A model generated the notes under the pieces. It searched no databases, was not told the DNA's origin, and was given only the letters and a program-made list of their open reading frames with translations. A DNA stretch of 64,000 nt from Nymphaea colorata (lineage: Eukaryota): contig NC_045138.2 of assembly GCF_008831285.2 (NCBI RefSeq), forward strand, positions 17,546,001 to 17,610,000. The letters are read 5' to 3'. The position numbers and the translations under genes are program-made. Positions 36,301 through 51,479 of this stretch are shown in pieces (the stretch's first letter is position 1; every line of letters starts with the position of its first letter).

Positions 36301-39300
36301 ACCAGACACAATATTTCAAGCAGAAGAACAATAGTAGAAGACATGAACTGCCTTGTTCACCAAAAGAAAATGAACAACACTGATACAATAAAGTTAAAAT
36401 AGCATTACAGAGGACATCAGCACTTAGATGAGCACATTACACGTACAGATAAGGCTAGTTATCATGCCTATGTATTAACACACTAAGCAACTCATGACAT
36501 AAAGACTGCTACAGTTAACCTCAAAAGGAGTACCTTGTTAGAACTGGGTACCAACTCCTGCAGCTGCTTCATCCTTTCAGCAATTCTTTCCCTGCGTAAC
36601 TGTATCAAAAGAGTAGTTGGGCGCAGCATCAGTACCGCAGCACATATATGTGAACAGAAGAAGTGCATGAACAAGAAGTAATGTGCTTCCCATCAATTAA
36701 GTAGGAACATCATGCTACTACAAATTGAAAAGCAAACATGCTCAACTGTTCATGGAACAAGAAGCTAGACTTGTTTTTGAAGTTTTGTATCTAAAAGGAA
36801 AAACCCTTGTCCATGTGGATCTGGTTTCTGTATGAGGATTTGACTCACGGGCAAGCAAGATCCTCCAACATATATTATAAATGCATTATTCACTGTAACC
36901 AAGGGTTCATCTGGCAAGATACTTAACAGATTGAACATATCTGCTCGACATGCCACATAAGTCTGGATCAATTCATTCATTCAACAGTGTATATTATTTT
37001 TAGCAAATAGCTCCCCCTTTCCTGTCATAATCACTTGTGTACGCAGAGACAGGCAGACAAACTTACCCTTTCTGCAATACTATGAGGATCTGTTGCTTGG
37101 CCTCGCCTTGCACGCACTCTGGGACGTACTGCTGGTGGGTGTGGCACAGGTGCACTGGTTGCGGTCTGAGCATGAAAAGGCTGGCATGGTGCAATTCCTT
37201 GTCCTGACTGAATCTCGAAATCAGTAATAAAGAAGAAGAAGGGAAGAACATTTCGTGTATTGAATGGTTCCAAGCATGGCTATGTGAGCTAGCAGCTACA
37301 GATGAAATTACATGTTAGTTTTGACAAATTAATGAAAAGGCCCTCTCGTCAGAATGATCAACGTGGGTGCTTCCAGAAGTGTAAGCTACTATGGGATCAC
37401 ATCTATAAGCAGATGCTTCACCAGAAGTACAAAATATGATTTCCGCTATAACACAAACTCCATAAGGATTAAATTCATGTAAACTATGATTCTCTAGCAA
37501 GATTCAAGTGCAACTATAATATCATTATCACCTTGCCCACTGTCAAAAATTTTTGTACAACTACAAAATGCAAGATAATAGAATACCGGTAAGCTAAATG
37601 AAGGTTGGAGAGACTTCACCTAGATGCTGGTGAATAGGCAATGTTGGTTGTGCATGTTCGTGCAGAAGGATGCTGCTATGATTAAAAAAAATAATTATGC
37701 ATGGTTGTCGTATATCTTAGTATTTGTCGGATTTGCACTCTCAAGGAATGTTATTGGTCAACGATGACGATGTCAAGCAAGACCGACAATGATATGGTTG
37801 TGACATGTAGCATTACGACATGAATGATCATGATACATGGCGATAAGTGACATACATGATGAAGAAAGCATATAGCATGCTCTTATATGATCCTGCCATC
37901 ATTTTCGATTCGGTTGGAAAAGACAAGCCGAAGCATGGTTAGGATGGATTCAGATAAGTGGCAGACAATTATCGAACATGCAATATTGAGCCCCAGGCTG
38001 CAGACAACTCTTAGCGGATTGCACCCGACTATCCAAAAGCATGAAGGTCAACCAGTTTGATCTTCGAATTGAATGATCAAAGACCGAAGCATTATCCCCA
38101 GTCTATGGTTTGGCATCACGTGTGCCACTCCATTTTTTTCTCGTCTAAAATTACAACATCGTCATCAATGCGTCATCATTCAGCGCCTCCTCCTAACTTC
38201 AATGGCCTCTTCCTTCTCGTTCATTCCCTTCACTATGTATCATGTCAATGAATCTTTGGGGAACAGCAGCAGGTTTGACAAATTGACTTGACCATTGATG
38301 GGAAAGCCATCAAGTAACCAGCTTCGGAATCGAATATCTGGATTTATGCTGCTAGAAAACTACAGATCTGAACTTGTCTTGAATCTCAATCAAATTGACA
38401 TGAAGAGCTCTAAGAATGGACCAAGTTGTTTACTGTCAATTGCTTCTGCTTAAAACGAGCTCAACAACACCGACCTCCAGTAGGACCCGGTTGCTAAGGT
38501 CAATGGCTTCTCCTTAAAACCAGAGCACACCACAAAAAACTAAGATGGTGTGTCCTCCATAAAATCTTCAAAATCTCAAAATATTTATATTTTTACGATT
38601 TTCAATATTTTCATTTTCTTTTACGTTTTCAATTAATTATTATATTTAATAATTATCTCAATAAGAGTAGCGCAGTTTAACAACTGGTCGGAATCTTGGA
38701 AAGTTGGAAGACTCAGACCGAGACGTCTCTGCAACCTCGTCCTTGTGGGCAGTAGGTGTCTCAGTGAGCGCCCTCGCACGTGCGGAGACAAAAGTAAAGC
38801 ACGCGATCAATGTCGGTGAGTGCGCTGTCAGAGTCACAAGCACGGGCGCCCTCGCACGTGCCACGCAGACCCATTTTCTTTTTCCTTCGAATGCCCTCCC
38901 CTTTGGTCAAATATTACCTCCCAGGCACGGCCCACAGTAGGGGCACGTTGGTAATTTTGGTCTAAGACATAGAAAGTTCCTGGAATGCCCTCGTCCTCAT
39001 TGCCTTGAGGACATTTAACACATTGTGCATTTCCAATCAGGAGCCTCACTTTGCCTATATTCCACAAAGAAGATCACAATCCATACGTTTCGTTGGAGAC
39101 GTATTGTATTTGTCCCTCGTAGCAGACCAAAAAGGAGGCGCACGAATAAAAAAAAAATGCGAAGAAGATGATGTCAGATTTAAAACGTATATACATCGAG
39201 GGAAAAGTAAGGTAAAGCGCGGGAAACAATGAGAAATATCGTACTAAAAACAAGAACCGTAATTAATGAAAGGGCAGCTTTCTTTTGTCATTTCAAACAA

Positions 39301-40491
39301 GAAAAGAAACTTTCATTGATGGAAATGAGCTTCTGCCAAGACACTTTTGGTAATAATCTGTCCACTTTTTCACTCAAATTGACAAACGAATAGTCATAGT
39401 CAGCCTTCGAGTGATTTTTCTTTTCTAGCAAACAAATGGGGTTAGGCAAGCTCCTAGCAAACAGCAGTCAGTTTATGTTAAAGCTTTAAATCCTAGATAC
39501 AACAGTCAGATCAGATGGGCACTGAATTTTTTACCTTTTCTAACTAAAAACATTATGTATAAAACATAAAATTACCAAGTTGGTTTTCTAGAATCTTTTC
39601 ATATGTTGCAATTTACTAGCTTTGTTTTCCCTCAAACTTCTAGAGATCTAGAATTTCACAAGTTTGGGTTTCAAATATGTTTTCTTTTCTAAGTATAGAC
39701 AAATGATCGTTTAACCAAATGTTAGCATCAGAAGAGAAGAAAACAAGCAAATTTTTGTTTTCATTTTCTTTCTCAAGAGCGGGACAGGATCCTGCATTCG
39801 CCACCTTCAAGAAAAGTGAAGGGCATTAAGGTAATACGGTGGCGCCAACAAGGGCAAAAAAAAAAAAAACTTTCCAACAGCTTTTGGCCAAAGGGCAAGA
39901 GGGTACAGGAAAGAAGTGCGGAGCGATTAATTAACGATTTTTCGCGATTAGGAGCAAGAAACTCTGAAAAAATCGCCGTAGTTTACGCACCTGGTGGGCG
40001 CCGGCACGAACCGGGGGAGGAATATTCGCGAACGGCGGGAACAAGTTCACCGATTGCGCGGCTTCTCTCTCCTTCCCCAAGAAAACAAAAGCAGTTTAGT
40101 AGTTTAGCCGGAAAATAAGAAGAAATTACGGAAAGACCACTATGAGGAAACCGTTCTTTGGCCTTACGTCGGTGGTGGCGGTAGACTTGACGGCCGGCGG
40201 GAGCGACTTCCCCTCGGCGTCGTCGCGAAACCGCTTTCCGCTGCCGGACGCCTCCTCTGGCTTCATGAAACCGCCCTTGCCCTGGTCGAGGCTCAGGCCG
40301 AGAGGGAAGATACTGCCCGGGAAACCGCCTCCCGGGCCCATCTGCAGGACCATCCCCGTGCTCACCGGCATGCCGGCGTCGGGGGCGGTGCCCGCGGAGC
40401 CGCTGCCCGCTGTGGCGGTCGAGTAGCCGGGCATGGCGAGAATCTGCTCAAAGAACTCATCCGTCATGCCCTCCAGAGGGTTCGTCGTCAT
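33332..40491 (-). CDS. UNE12: bHLH transcription factor, UNE12/bHLH59-like (subfamily XI), ~324 aa
   Basis: Exons 40491-40168, 40071-39991, 37180-37067 (in-frame alternative acceptor 37207), 36599-36534, 35270-35205, 34669-34592, 33577-33332. Motifs [111 protein letters not shown]. Confidence 0.93.
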
Positions 40492-42126
40492 GATTAAAGG
40501 CCCCACAGTTAGAGGAGAAAGATGGGTTCGTGAGTGGTGATGGCCTTTTAGCTTCTGCGCTTCTGTCTGAACAGTGAGCAGTGACTCTTCTTCTTCTTCA
40601 CCAAAAAAACAAAAATGAAAGTAAAGGGAAGGGAAGAGTTGTTTATAGAAGGAAGCGGGAGGCCTCGAACCGGGGATTGTCGGGAAATACGGCGGCAAAT
40701 TCCATCCTCCCCATTGAGACAGACATTTGGGTCTCCGAGATATCTAGAGATTTGTTATATGCTTCAAACACACACTCCCTCCCTCTCACTCTCTCTCTCT
40801 ACTCACTTTTTTCTTCTGCATATATCTCAGGTGGATTTAGAGAGAGAAAGAGAGTGAGGACTCCGGTTTTTGCTTCTTCGTGATCGCTCGCTCGGGCGGA
40901 CTCTTATACGCAAAGCGAAACGTGGACGAGACTACCCCGGAGTTTTTCAAGAATGACGTTCACGGAAGCTCGGGTTGGGAAAATCGTTCTCCGAATTTAC
41001 GGTGTTGTGTTTAAAAAAGCAGCCCATACGTTTTCCGCTCGCCACCTGTTGAAGGTTGCCCTTCAGGTGATGTGGCAACAATCGTTACGTGTTCGCCTTC
41101 TGATATCAGTTTCTTGCTTCTTTATACCAACCGATACGCATCAAATCGCCCATTCATTTTTTTTTATTATTTTTTATCGCCTTTTTATTGTTTTTTGTGC
41201 TCACAAAACCATGAATAAGAATCGCCTCTATATTTTAAACAATTAGATAAAAAGATACTTTTATTGTTGGTTTGTTAATATATAGCCGTTGTATGCCGAT
41301 TTAGCCGATACAGCCCTCCAACACTTGACCGTATCGCTCTGCTAATGATACCATACGCATTAGCAGATACAGACAGATACGCATCGATTCGGATAATATC
41401 TCATCCTGTGGAACTTATCTTAGATAAATTCCACCTTTATGCAAACACGCCTTAAATAAATAGAATATCATTTCCAACCAAAGCTTGGGCATGACACACC
41501 TGGGAAGGCAAAAGCTGGCGGCAAGTGACCAGTCACTAGTTCGACTCTCATAGCCGACAGCATGATGCATAGACTTGGGCACTCGTATTTAAATAAACAA
41601 ATCATTTAGACATCAAGATATAGATAAGCAATTGAAGACAACTAAGATGTAAATAAATAAAATCTTTGTGGCTGTATAGGCAACTGCCCTCACAAACTCA
41701 TATGTGGTTCGGCCACGGCTTCTTCTAGAAGAGTTTGTAGGATTCGCAGCTCTGATTAAACACGATTCCTTTTGTGATTTTTGACCTTCCCACTCACAGT
41801 TGCCATAGGTACAGTAAAAGCTTGAAAAGTCCCACTCACTCTTTCATTTGAAACACATCTTGTATATATTTTAATCTTTATAAAAAAAAGCAAATGCTAG
41901 ATTGCAATAAACAGTAGTGTAATTCATATGCTAAGAAAAAAATTGATAAGAATATGCTTTTACATAAAGATTGCCTTCTCTTCTACTCACAAAAATAGCC
42001 AAGTTTGCACATTTTGGCATACAGATTCTTTATTATTCAAAGTTCAATTACGTAGTGCTTTGAATTTTCAACGTAAAATTCCGCCGGTAAAATTCAGCCG
42101 ATGATTGTGTGGTGAACTAGAAGCCA

Positions 42127-42275
<149 letters not shown>

Positions 42276-45200
42276 CACTAAAAAATATAAACTTGATCAG
42301 GTCAAAGTACTCAGTATTTGAGAGGTCAATTGATGAGAAGAACACTCTATAAGTGTTATATGAATTTACCTTCAAAGATTGAGACAGATTCATAAAACAC
42401 TAAAACTAGTATTCTATGAATCTGACTGAAAAAAAGAAAAAGATTTAATCGTTAATTGGATTCAAAATACAATATAATTGCATCATGCCCTAAATCTTAA
42501 GGTATTTAATTGAGATCCGCTAAAGATGTGATGCAATTGCATTGACATGTTACTTGGAAATAGAATTGATCGTGAGTAGGCCCGATAATATTGTTGTACT
42601 GAATTTAATAGCATTGGATTTAAGTTTTATAAAGTGATTAATAAAAAATTATTATATTTTTTGAACACATGTTCCTAAAACAGATAGTCACACGTAATCT
42701 CAAAAAAATTATGTTATTATTTCAAGAAATATAAAGCAATTTAAATATTGTTTTCACATCTAACAATGACCGTATCAAATGTTTGAATCGTTTGCCTTCA
42801 TAGGCATTGCCATTCAAAAGGAAATAGAATTTTCTAACAAAGTCAAGCGACCAGTAGAAGTGTTTCAAAAAGGTAAACGTGTGTTTGATTTCCGTGGATC
42901 TCAAATCCTAGGTAATCTCCAATGTCTGATAGCAAATCCATAATTGAATCAAATTGTGGATTTTAGCTTCTACCCCCAACGTGAATTTCAAATCCACACT
43001 TTAAAGTCAAAAGTGTGGATTTGAGATGGGATTTGGATTTAAAAACCGCGAATCTCAAATTTACATAAGGAATCTCCTTCACTTTCTTTCATTCCCTTTG
43101 TCACATGGACACTGCAGAAGCCCATGTACCCACTCCAACACGCCGACACGTGGATCTGAACACGGGACATGGGTGGAACATGCCAAAAAAATAAACTATT
43201 AATTTAATATTTTTTTATTTTATCATTTTTTTGTGATACATCCAATTATTTTTATGAACAATCATTTCAAATACTCAGCATTATTGTAATAAAACAAACT
43301 TTTTTACTAGATTATAAGAGTGAACTATTAATTTAATATATTTTTATGTTATCATTTTTGAAAATATAAAATTTGTGATATCCGCTTATTCAATTTTTTT
43401 TCAAAATTGTTCATATGACGTAGCTCATTCCTATAGAGGATTCAGGACTGCCTTTGATCCTTGGAGTCACTTAGGAAGACTTTGTTGAGCCGACTTGATA
43501 TAAGTAATCCCAGTCCAGTGTTGATAAGGAGCCGAGTCGAGGTCCTAACCGAGCCTCACCAGCATACATCGACCATACCGGGTCATGACCGATACAAGTT
43601 CGTCTCGGAAAAGGGGCGACTTGGGTAATCCGGTAAGGGCATTCCCGTCCTCTGCAAAGGTGGGAAAACGGGAACAGGACAGGGCATTGGCTTTTGACTC
43701 TTTTAATGACGAAAATACCCTTTCTGGTTGGAGTCTTGTCTTCTTGTTGGAAAAGGAGCGGTGGCGCTCCACTTTCCGGCGAGAAAAAGAGATACGTGCA
43801 GTCTTGTTTTCGGAAAAGAAATAAAGGTGCCGTTAAAATTTTTTGGACAAAATTTTCCTCCACCTTTTCAGAAAATTCCGAAGTAAAGCCACACTTCTGG
43901 CCGGAAAATCAACTTTTTAGAAGGGTATCCTCTGTCTAAAATCTTAGGCTGAAAGGTGCCCCTAAGCTTTCCGATTAAATTGGTGGCATTGAAGCCTTTC
44001 CAACAGACGAGTGTCCAAAAAAAAAACACCATGCTGGACTTCGACTCGGCGAAAAGACTTAGAAGAAAATGAGCTGAATTGAATCCGATTCGGCTTGCCT
44101 GTGAGTGAAGAATGAAAATCACAAAATATATATTTTCAAGCCAAAAAATTCAGAAAACAAAATAGGAAAAATGTAAAGAATAATATTAAAAGTAATGAAA
44201 ATAAGCTATGTGTCCCATAAAATTTAAAAAAGATACGATTCAATTGTGAACTACACAATAATTTTTTAGTCACAACAGGCATTTGGACGGCAAACAAGAA
44301 AAGTTGAATGAAAAGTCCATAGAAATTGAGTACCATTAAAGAATTTTTCCAAAGAAAACGACTTACATTTTGTTTTCATTTTTTCCCTCACCAATTAGTG
44401 AAAATTCACCCGTTTATTACACCTGAACATTTTTCTTTTCAAAATTACCAATAGCCCCCTCAAGACCTTTTCCAAAGTTTTTCTCAAAAAAAAAAATGGT
44501 GTGTAGGTCTGACCTTTTCTCCAACCTTGTTAGGCTGAGATACTGGCTTTTCTCTTGGTTAAAGAGTAGACGCACTTTATGACATTCTTTACCAAAAGTG
44601 AAAAAAGTCGCGTCCACTAAAGACACCCTTAAATATGCATCAAACGCTAAGCAGCTCAAACAAGAATAGAAAAGTAGAGAGAGAGAGAGAGAGAGGAAAA
44701 AAAAATGCATATTGTGCCTATTTTTATGTAAATAATAAGTGGTGGGTCCCCCATTGCTTAAAAGAAAGTATGTGTGTTGTATTAGTGGTAATCAAGAGTT
44801 ATTTATTTGTCCAATAATACTTAATAAATACATAATTGACAGAAAATAATTCGAATACTGGAGCCCTGCCCACTCATTGGTTGAATAATAGAACGAGTAA
44901 AGTATGTAAAGTTTGAAAGCTAGGATTCCTGTGTCATTATTAGCAGAGAAAGTTCTAAACAGAGATCATCGGAATGCTTCATTTAGCTCAGGAAATAAGT
45001 AAAGAAACATGGTTTTACATGAAGAAAGGTGGATTAGGCATGATTGCTAATTTAATGCAAACAAGATGGGGATTTATAGTCCAACATGAAACCAAACCCA
45101 AACTATAAGAAGAATAAGAACAAAAAGAAGAAGAAGGAAAACATTAAAGGCAAGACCAGATGAGATGTCTTCAAGAGAATGAAGACCCCCTTCTCCCCAC

Positions 45201-45929
45201 CCTCGGGATTTAAGACTGCATCGAGACTTAGGTGAAAAGCGGGATACTTGTCAACTACAGTGTATTGCATCTACTATAATTTGTAGTCTCGAAAAGCAGC
45301 GACCGCATGAATCAATCTAACGTTTAGACCTTCACTGATTTGCTAAGCTGACCAGTTATGCTATGCCCTTTAAAAGCAGATGAGCTATCCAATTATAATT
45401 ATGCAAGTAGTGATTTACATGGTCACAGACTGGTCCCACCACAAAGGCACATCTGACATCATCAGCCTATACTTATGGTCACTGATCACTACAGTGGAAG
45501 GTGATGATCATCATCATATTACCTAATTGCTCAAAAAGAGAATTATTTGAGGCATGCCAATGTGGGGTTGGTGATGAAAAGTTTATGTATTTTGGTAACA
45601 AAAAGTTAAACACATAAAATTCTTATAAGAAATGAAAAGGACTTGAGTGCAACATCACAGTAAACATGCCATGATGAGTGTTCTTCAGGTCAACTTTGGT
45701 TATTATTGTTACCATTGTGAGTTGCTTTCAACTTTACTTGGAAACCCTAAGACTGTGCCTGGAAAGCTCAGTTTTGGCACTCCAAGTTACTGATCTTGGT
45801 AGATATTTTATAAGCCAGGATTGCAAAGGTGCTGCTAGTTTTAGGGGAGACCAGATCTGAATGCATATGATACAAACAGGCCACCTAAGCTTACATATCT
45901 TAGGTATCCACCACCAAGGAGCTTTCATC

Positions 45930-46289
45930 CAGAGACATCAATATATCTGATTTGCATCAGATGTTTGATTGATTAAGAAATCAGGTCAGATTTGGATTTA
46001 AGAAATGACATCTGAACAGATTCAGATATGCACAAGTATTTGAACGGATTTAGATTCAGATTAGGTTCAGATTTAAATAAACATCATATATCCAGTGCTC
46101 TTACATTTTAAAAATCGGTGAAATTCGGTTCAAAATTTGGATTTTGAAATTGGATTTCAGATTTAGGTTCATATATGACTTTTCTTTGTTCACATCTGAA
46201 TGTGAATTCCAATTCAAATATGTGAATATCTGAAAAACAGACACGATTAAGAGTACACCAGATTCGAATCCGATCCATCGACATCTCTA
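45930..46289. mobile_element. MITE (TAGAGATGTC family), uninterrupted copy
   Basis: Ends CAGAGACATCAA.../...TCGACATCTCTA; internal GGATT/AATCC-type repeats; homologous to 5614-6600. Confidence 0.65.
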
Positions 46290-46881
46290 CTAATGTTGGT
46301 AACATGCCATCAATGCTAGAGTTATCGCCTACTCCGCAGCCATGATCGGACAACCAGTTTAAGCACCACCACATCAATCTAAGTGGGTCTGACCTGATCA
46401 CAATTTCTAGCTTCTATCAAGGTGGCCTTGTGGATTAGATATGCCACCTTTTAGTTTTTTCATGAGAAAAGGTAATGCACAAAGCTAGCAATACCTAGTT
46501 GTTGGTCAAACTGCAGCTCATAATAATCAGAGATATATAAGTGCAAGAACTGAATATTCCAGATGCAGATATTATACCAACAGACAATGTTTTGAAATTA
46601 TCCCAAATCCAACAATATATTATTATGTCAAAGACAATTTGTTAATAATGCGAGCTTATTCTAAGATATTCCAAATTTAACTATATGCTATTTGAGATTA
46701 GGGCACTTTAGTAATACCACCAAATGAGTGTTGCAAAATCTTTTTTAATAGCTGAAAGTATTTCCAGAAAATTTAAGTAATCGAAATTACCATTTTACAG
46801 GCTACCAAAAATGGGTAAGACTTGAAGGCACCTCTTCAACCACTAGGACCTATATTTACGAGGATAGCATCACATTCTTTA

Positions 46882-47087
46882 GGCCATGTTTGATGCACAG
46901 AAGGGTAAGATTACCGTGGAAAAATTGCTGTGGACTCTAGGTCCGACTTTTTTGCGTGAGAATTTTTTTCAAAATCAATGAAAAACACAGGGTAAGATTT
47001 GCTATGTTTGATGTTGCAAGGGAAACGATATGAACATGGAGAAATTTCTTTGATACACAGTCTTTTTCCAGTGCATCAAACGGAGCC
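46882..47087. mobile_element. Tourist-like MITE
   Basis: 17-bp TIRs GGCCATGTTTGATGCAC and GTGCATCAAACGGAGCC, with TTA on both flanks. Confidence 0.8.
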
Positions 47088-50000
47088 TTAAGGTTATTCT
47101 CCTCGGCTGTCAAATATTCCACCAGTAATAAACAATCTGAACAAGGGAAATTTGTTATATTGTACTTTCAGGTGAGCGAGATGTTATCCACCACCGGGAC
47201 GAGGCCTGAATGTCCTCTCATTCTTCTTACCTCCGGAGTTCAATGTTGCGATAGGGCCTGAGTGGGTAGCTGGCCACCTTCAGCTCGATGGAGCATACCA
47301 CACTCTTAACAGCCCAAAAGAGCAGCACCCACTAGAATTAAAACAAGAACATGCCCTCTACATAACCCCTACCCCAGCTAGTTACGCTATGTCTCTTGAG
47401 GTGCAATATTATACTTGAAGCTCGGAAGACAACCTTTCAATGAAGCAAGAGTCGTGCATGTGCAAATTTAGAGCCTCTAATTTACAAGGAATTCAGATCT
47501 CTCCCAAAGAACGAAGAAGGTAAAGGATAGGGAGAAAATCCCTAAATTTGATCAATAGACCAGCATGTTAAAGCTGAAGAAGAAAAGAATCCTGACTGAC
47601 TCTGAAGACGCATTACTGATTCGATCAAAAATTCCAATTTAACTAACAGTAGGTAAAAAAACAACAAATGGAGGAATACATATCCATCAAAGTTGTTTTT
47701 CATAACCTTGGATGTCATGTAATAGGTCACAAGCTAGACATGGTCGAGCTATTGGATCCTTCCTATATTTAGGTGGTTATTGCACTGCACTTTGAATGCA
47801 TAAGTTTCAGGTTTACGGGATTCAAGACAGATCTTTAGTTTGATTCCTATATGTGCTATGTTTTTATATCTTAAATGATGGGGGCACAATAATCAAATTG
47901 AAGGATATAAGGCTGTGTAGTCTTCGACAGCTAAAAACAGTCCGAAAAGGTAAAGAAAATGGAGAGCCTTCATGTCTGTTTTCCAAGTGGTGGTTAAACG
48001 GGTACCAACCCGACTCGAACCCAAACCTAGGTTCAGAAAAAAGGACAACGGTAATTTATCTAGCCAGCTCGGGTGGGCTCGATAATTTTTTTTATATTAA
48101 TTTTATTAATTTATATATATATATAATATTTTATTATAATTAATCATATTTATATATTATTTTATATTAAACATATATATTTTTAATTCCCTAACCCGGC
48201 TCCTTATCGAAAGAGGATATAGATAAGCATGAAAAGGTTACCATTTGAGTTTGTCAACCGAAGACGTTCCAGTGGAAAATCTGCTGGTTTTATGCAACGG
48301 AAGGCATTAGGATGAGCCTTATTATTATCTCTTCTCGGTTTGGATATCGGATATCGTCATCCTCAATCTTTTTCTCTAACAGTTTGAATCTCTTTTCTGG
48401 TTCATTTATCCTCGTGAATCTTAATCCTTTTGACCTTCATATTCACATGAAGGACCACCGATTTATATCTGCCCCCCGTCGCCATGCCTCGAACAGGAAT
48501 CAAGAGGGATCGCTAGCCCCATGAGGCGTAGACCATGCCACCACAGGTGCCTTCACGCTGCCCATTGGCAGTTTGTGCATCAGCAGTTTGCTCTGCAACA
48601 ATGGCCGCCTGTCATTGGTTTAAGCGACGTTGTGGACAGAGTACCAGTTCGTAACGTCAATCTCCCGTTTCCGGTAAATGTTCGTCATGGCTGTCGTTTC
48701 GTGGCCGTGCCCGTAAACGTAGTGCCACCAAGAGCCCATGCCATCGTCCCACCAATAGTCAGGAACTCAACTAACGAAGATGCCGTTTCCATCTCCATTG
48801 CTGATGACGAAGGTCCTCCCTCCGCCGAGTCGGAAGAAGAAGAAGAAGGAAGGCGAAGAAAAAGAAGAAACGAGAAGGCGGATTGACACCATATCCCCTG
48901 AAACAGCGCAGAGGCTCATTAGAGGACTCGTCGTTCTGTGTTTCTAGGCTACGGAGGACCTCTCTTCGCTACTGTTATACCTTTGTTTGCATCTGAAGGT
49001 TCGAAATAATAGTTCTGAATCTTCTGATATGCCTCAGTGTGCTTCTTCTCTGTCCTTTTGACAGTTTCATATTGTCTGCACCCTTTACTTTCTGTCCATG
49101 ACTTGCAATTTGCAAATAAATATATTTAAGCTGATCTCAAACTTTTGGGTCATGAGCCTTAATTTTAAAACAGGAATACGACCATTTTCCCACATGAAAT
49201 CCAGAATCAAACTGAAGAACTCTCCGTCGCCTTAACAAGTAAAAATATTTACTGAGAAGATGCCACTCACATCTCGCTGTTGGTGAGGCCTCAGGAAATG
49301 TGAACTTTAGTTTGAACTTTAGCTGTAGCCACGCCGATAACAATCTTTTGTTTGGTTGATTAATTAAAAAAAAAAGTAAAAAAAAATTGTTTAGTTGCAA
49401 AGGAAGGAAAAGAAAAGGGGGAAAATGGAAAGGATCTTCTAATGTAAATCCAATCCATTTAAAATTGAAAGGATTTGAAAGGAAAAGAAAAGTCTATCCT
49501 TTTTTATCGTGTATACCCTTGACATTGTGTGACTCTTTCTCTCCCTCCCCGCTGCTGGTCAAGACTCCGACGAGTGCCGGATATGTCTCTCTCTCCCATC
49601 CCGCCACTACTCGAGACTTGGCTGGTAATCTTTCCCATTCATACCATACCGACCATTGCCGGAGTCACTATCACCGTCGTTGGACAGTGGGTTGCCGCTG
49701 TTTATTGTGTTCCTTGTATACCTCTAAAATTGAATGTTTGGAGTATCAATGTAAAATAATATAAATTTTATCATTTCTTTTCTTTTATGTAGTCCAAACA
49801 AACATAATTTTAGCAATTCTTTATTTTACATCTAAACAAACTTTACTATCACTTTTTTCTTTTCTTTTTCTTTTTTTTCCCTTCCTTTCTCATTCCCTTT
49901 CCTTTGCTTTCGTTTTCTTTCCACCCCTCCCTGTCCTTCCCGCTCACAAAAATCTCTCTTATCGATCTTCTCGAAGGTGGTTTTCACAAGTAAAATGGGA

Positions 50001-51479
50001 AGAAAAACAAAGAAAGTGAACTTTAGTTAGCCCTTCCCTATTGCACTGTTGGATCAGCTCCCATTGAACTGAACAAGGAAATGATATTGCTTCTTTTGCT
50101 TTATTTTCACTGCCCTTTATTCCTTAGCCTCTTCTCTAAGTTATTTGGTTATCATAAAAGAAAGAAAAGACAGGAACTCAGAATCAGATAAGAGCCAAAG
50201 TCATCAAAACAATAAGAAGACAAACTAAGTAGCTAGTTCACCAAGTGAACTACCCTACCGATTACAAAGAAATTCTCATTTGGGTTCATGAAGAAGAAGG
50301 CATGGATAGACAACAATTGGCTCAAACTGACCGGAAATGAAACTTATCGGATACCGTTCTCCTGCTTGAGGACTCCCTTTCGAGAAGTGATCCATTGTTC
50401 TAAAGTTGAAATCAATAGTCTGCTCGTTTCGAATTTAACTTCTCCAGTGTTAGGAAGAGGTGGAATGAAGAGAAATGAAGAGAGGAGGCATACTTAGCAA
50501 AAGCCGTGACTGATTCAGACTCGGATCGGCTGAAGACAGGCCAATGAGTTGGTTCAGTAACTCACCTGGATTAGGCCATAAATTTTTATAATATATTCTT
50601 TCTATGAATAGAAGAACACGATAAATCTGTTAAGACTTTATAGTTAATTTTGTCATCAATTAAAACTGAATGACATAGTGTATATTTAATCAAGTTTATG
50701 ATATTTTACATTCAAAGTATAACAAAATTCATTATCTAGCAATGCACGACAAAAAATATATTTATAATTATTTGATGATTCAATTTCAATGACCTAGTAA
50801 ATGGATTATCCTAGCCGACCTGGGTGACTCACAATTCCGATTGATCAGCCACCTATGACAGGAAGTAACTTAGAAGTTCCACTGCTGTTGCACCAGTTTC
50901 AAGAACATGAGGACAGAACGCCATGGTCTGCCAGTTTCAGCAAGCTTGAGCTCAAGTTCGACAAATATGGCATGGAGCTTGACTCGTTTAACTTGTTTAA
51001 TTTGTTTTTGTTAAGTCTGTCTCATTTCTTTTAACTCATTTAGTTCCTACTGTTTAATTATTCTCTCATTATATTCCAGCTGCTCAGCATTTATTATGTA
51101 GTCAAGCCGTGTCGAGTTCCAACCTGAACTTGCCTCATTTTACATTTCAGGCATTCATTTTGATGAGCGAGTTCAAGTCGAACTTGAGCTAGCTCAACTC
51201 ATTGTGCAGTCCTACAAAACCCCAACCAGTGAAACAGAACTTGATGCTCGTATTGCAAATCAAACACTGGATTTGGACCCAGGGAAGATGAATCAACTTA
51301 TATTAGGAAGCAAAGAAAGGCAAAGGATTCCTTAGAGCATTCCAAAGTCAAGTTGGTTGCAAAAAAGTGTTGCAGTCAGTTCGAAGGATTGCATTACTTT
51401 GACACTTTCTAGGCCTTATGTTTAAACTATCTTTTATCAGGTTCATTTTGTCAGTGACCATTAGTAGCAGGTGAGTCAT

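Noticed and set aside
37620..37675. AG/GT-bounded 53-56 nt segment in a bHLH intron
   Set aside because: Not frame-preserving with any nearby acceptor and no conserved peptide; would need transcript evidence.
40492..40698. N-terminal extension of the bHLH ORF
   Set aside because: Begins at a non-ATG codon in leader-like sequence; conserved similarity starts near ATG 40491.
47150..47820. Solo-LTR-like sequence
   Set aside because: Could not identify matching TG...CA termini with a TSD.
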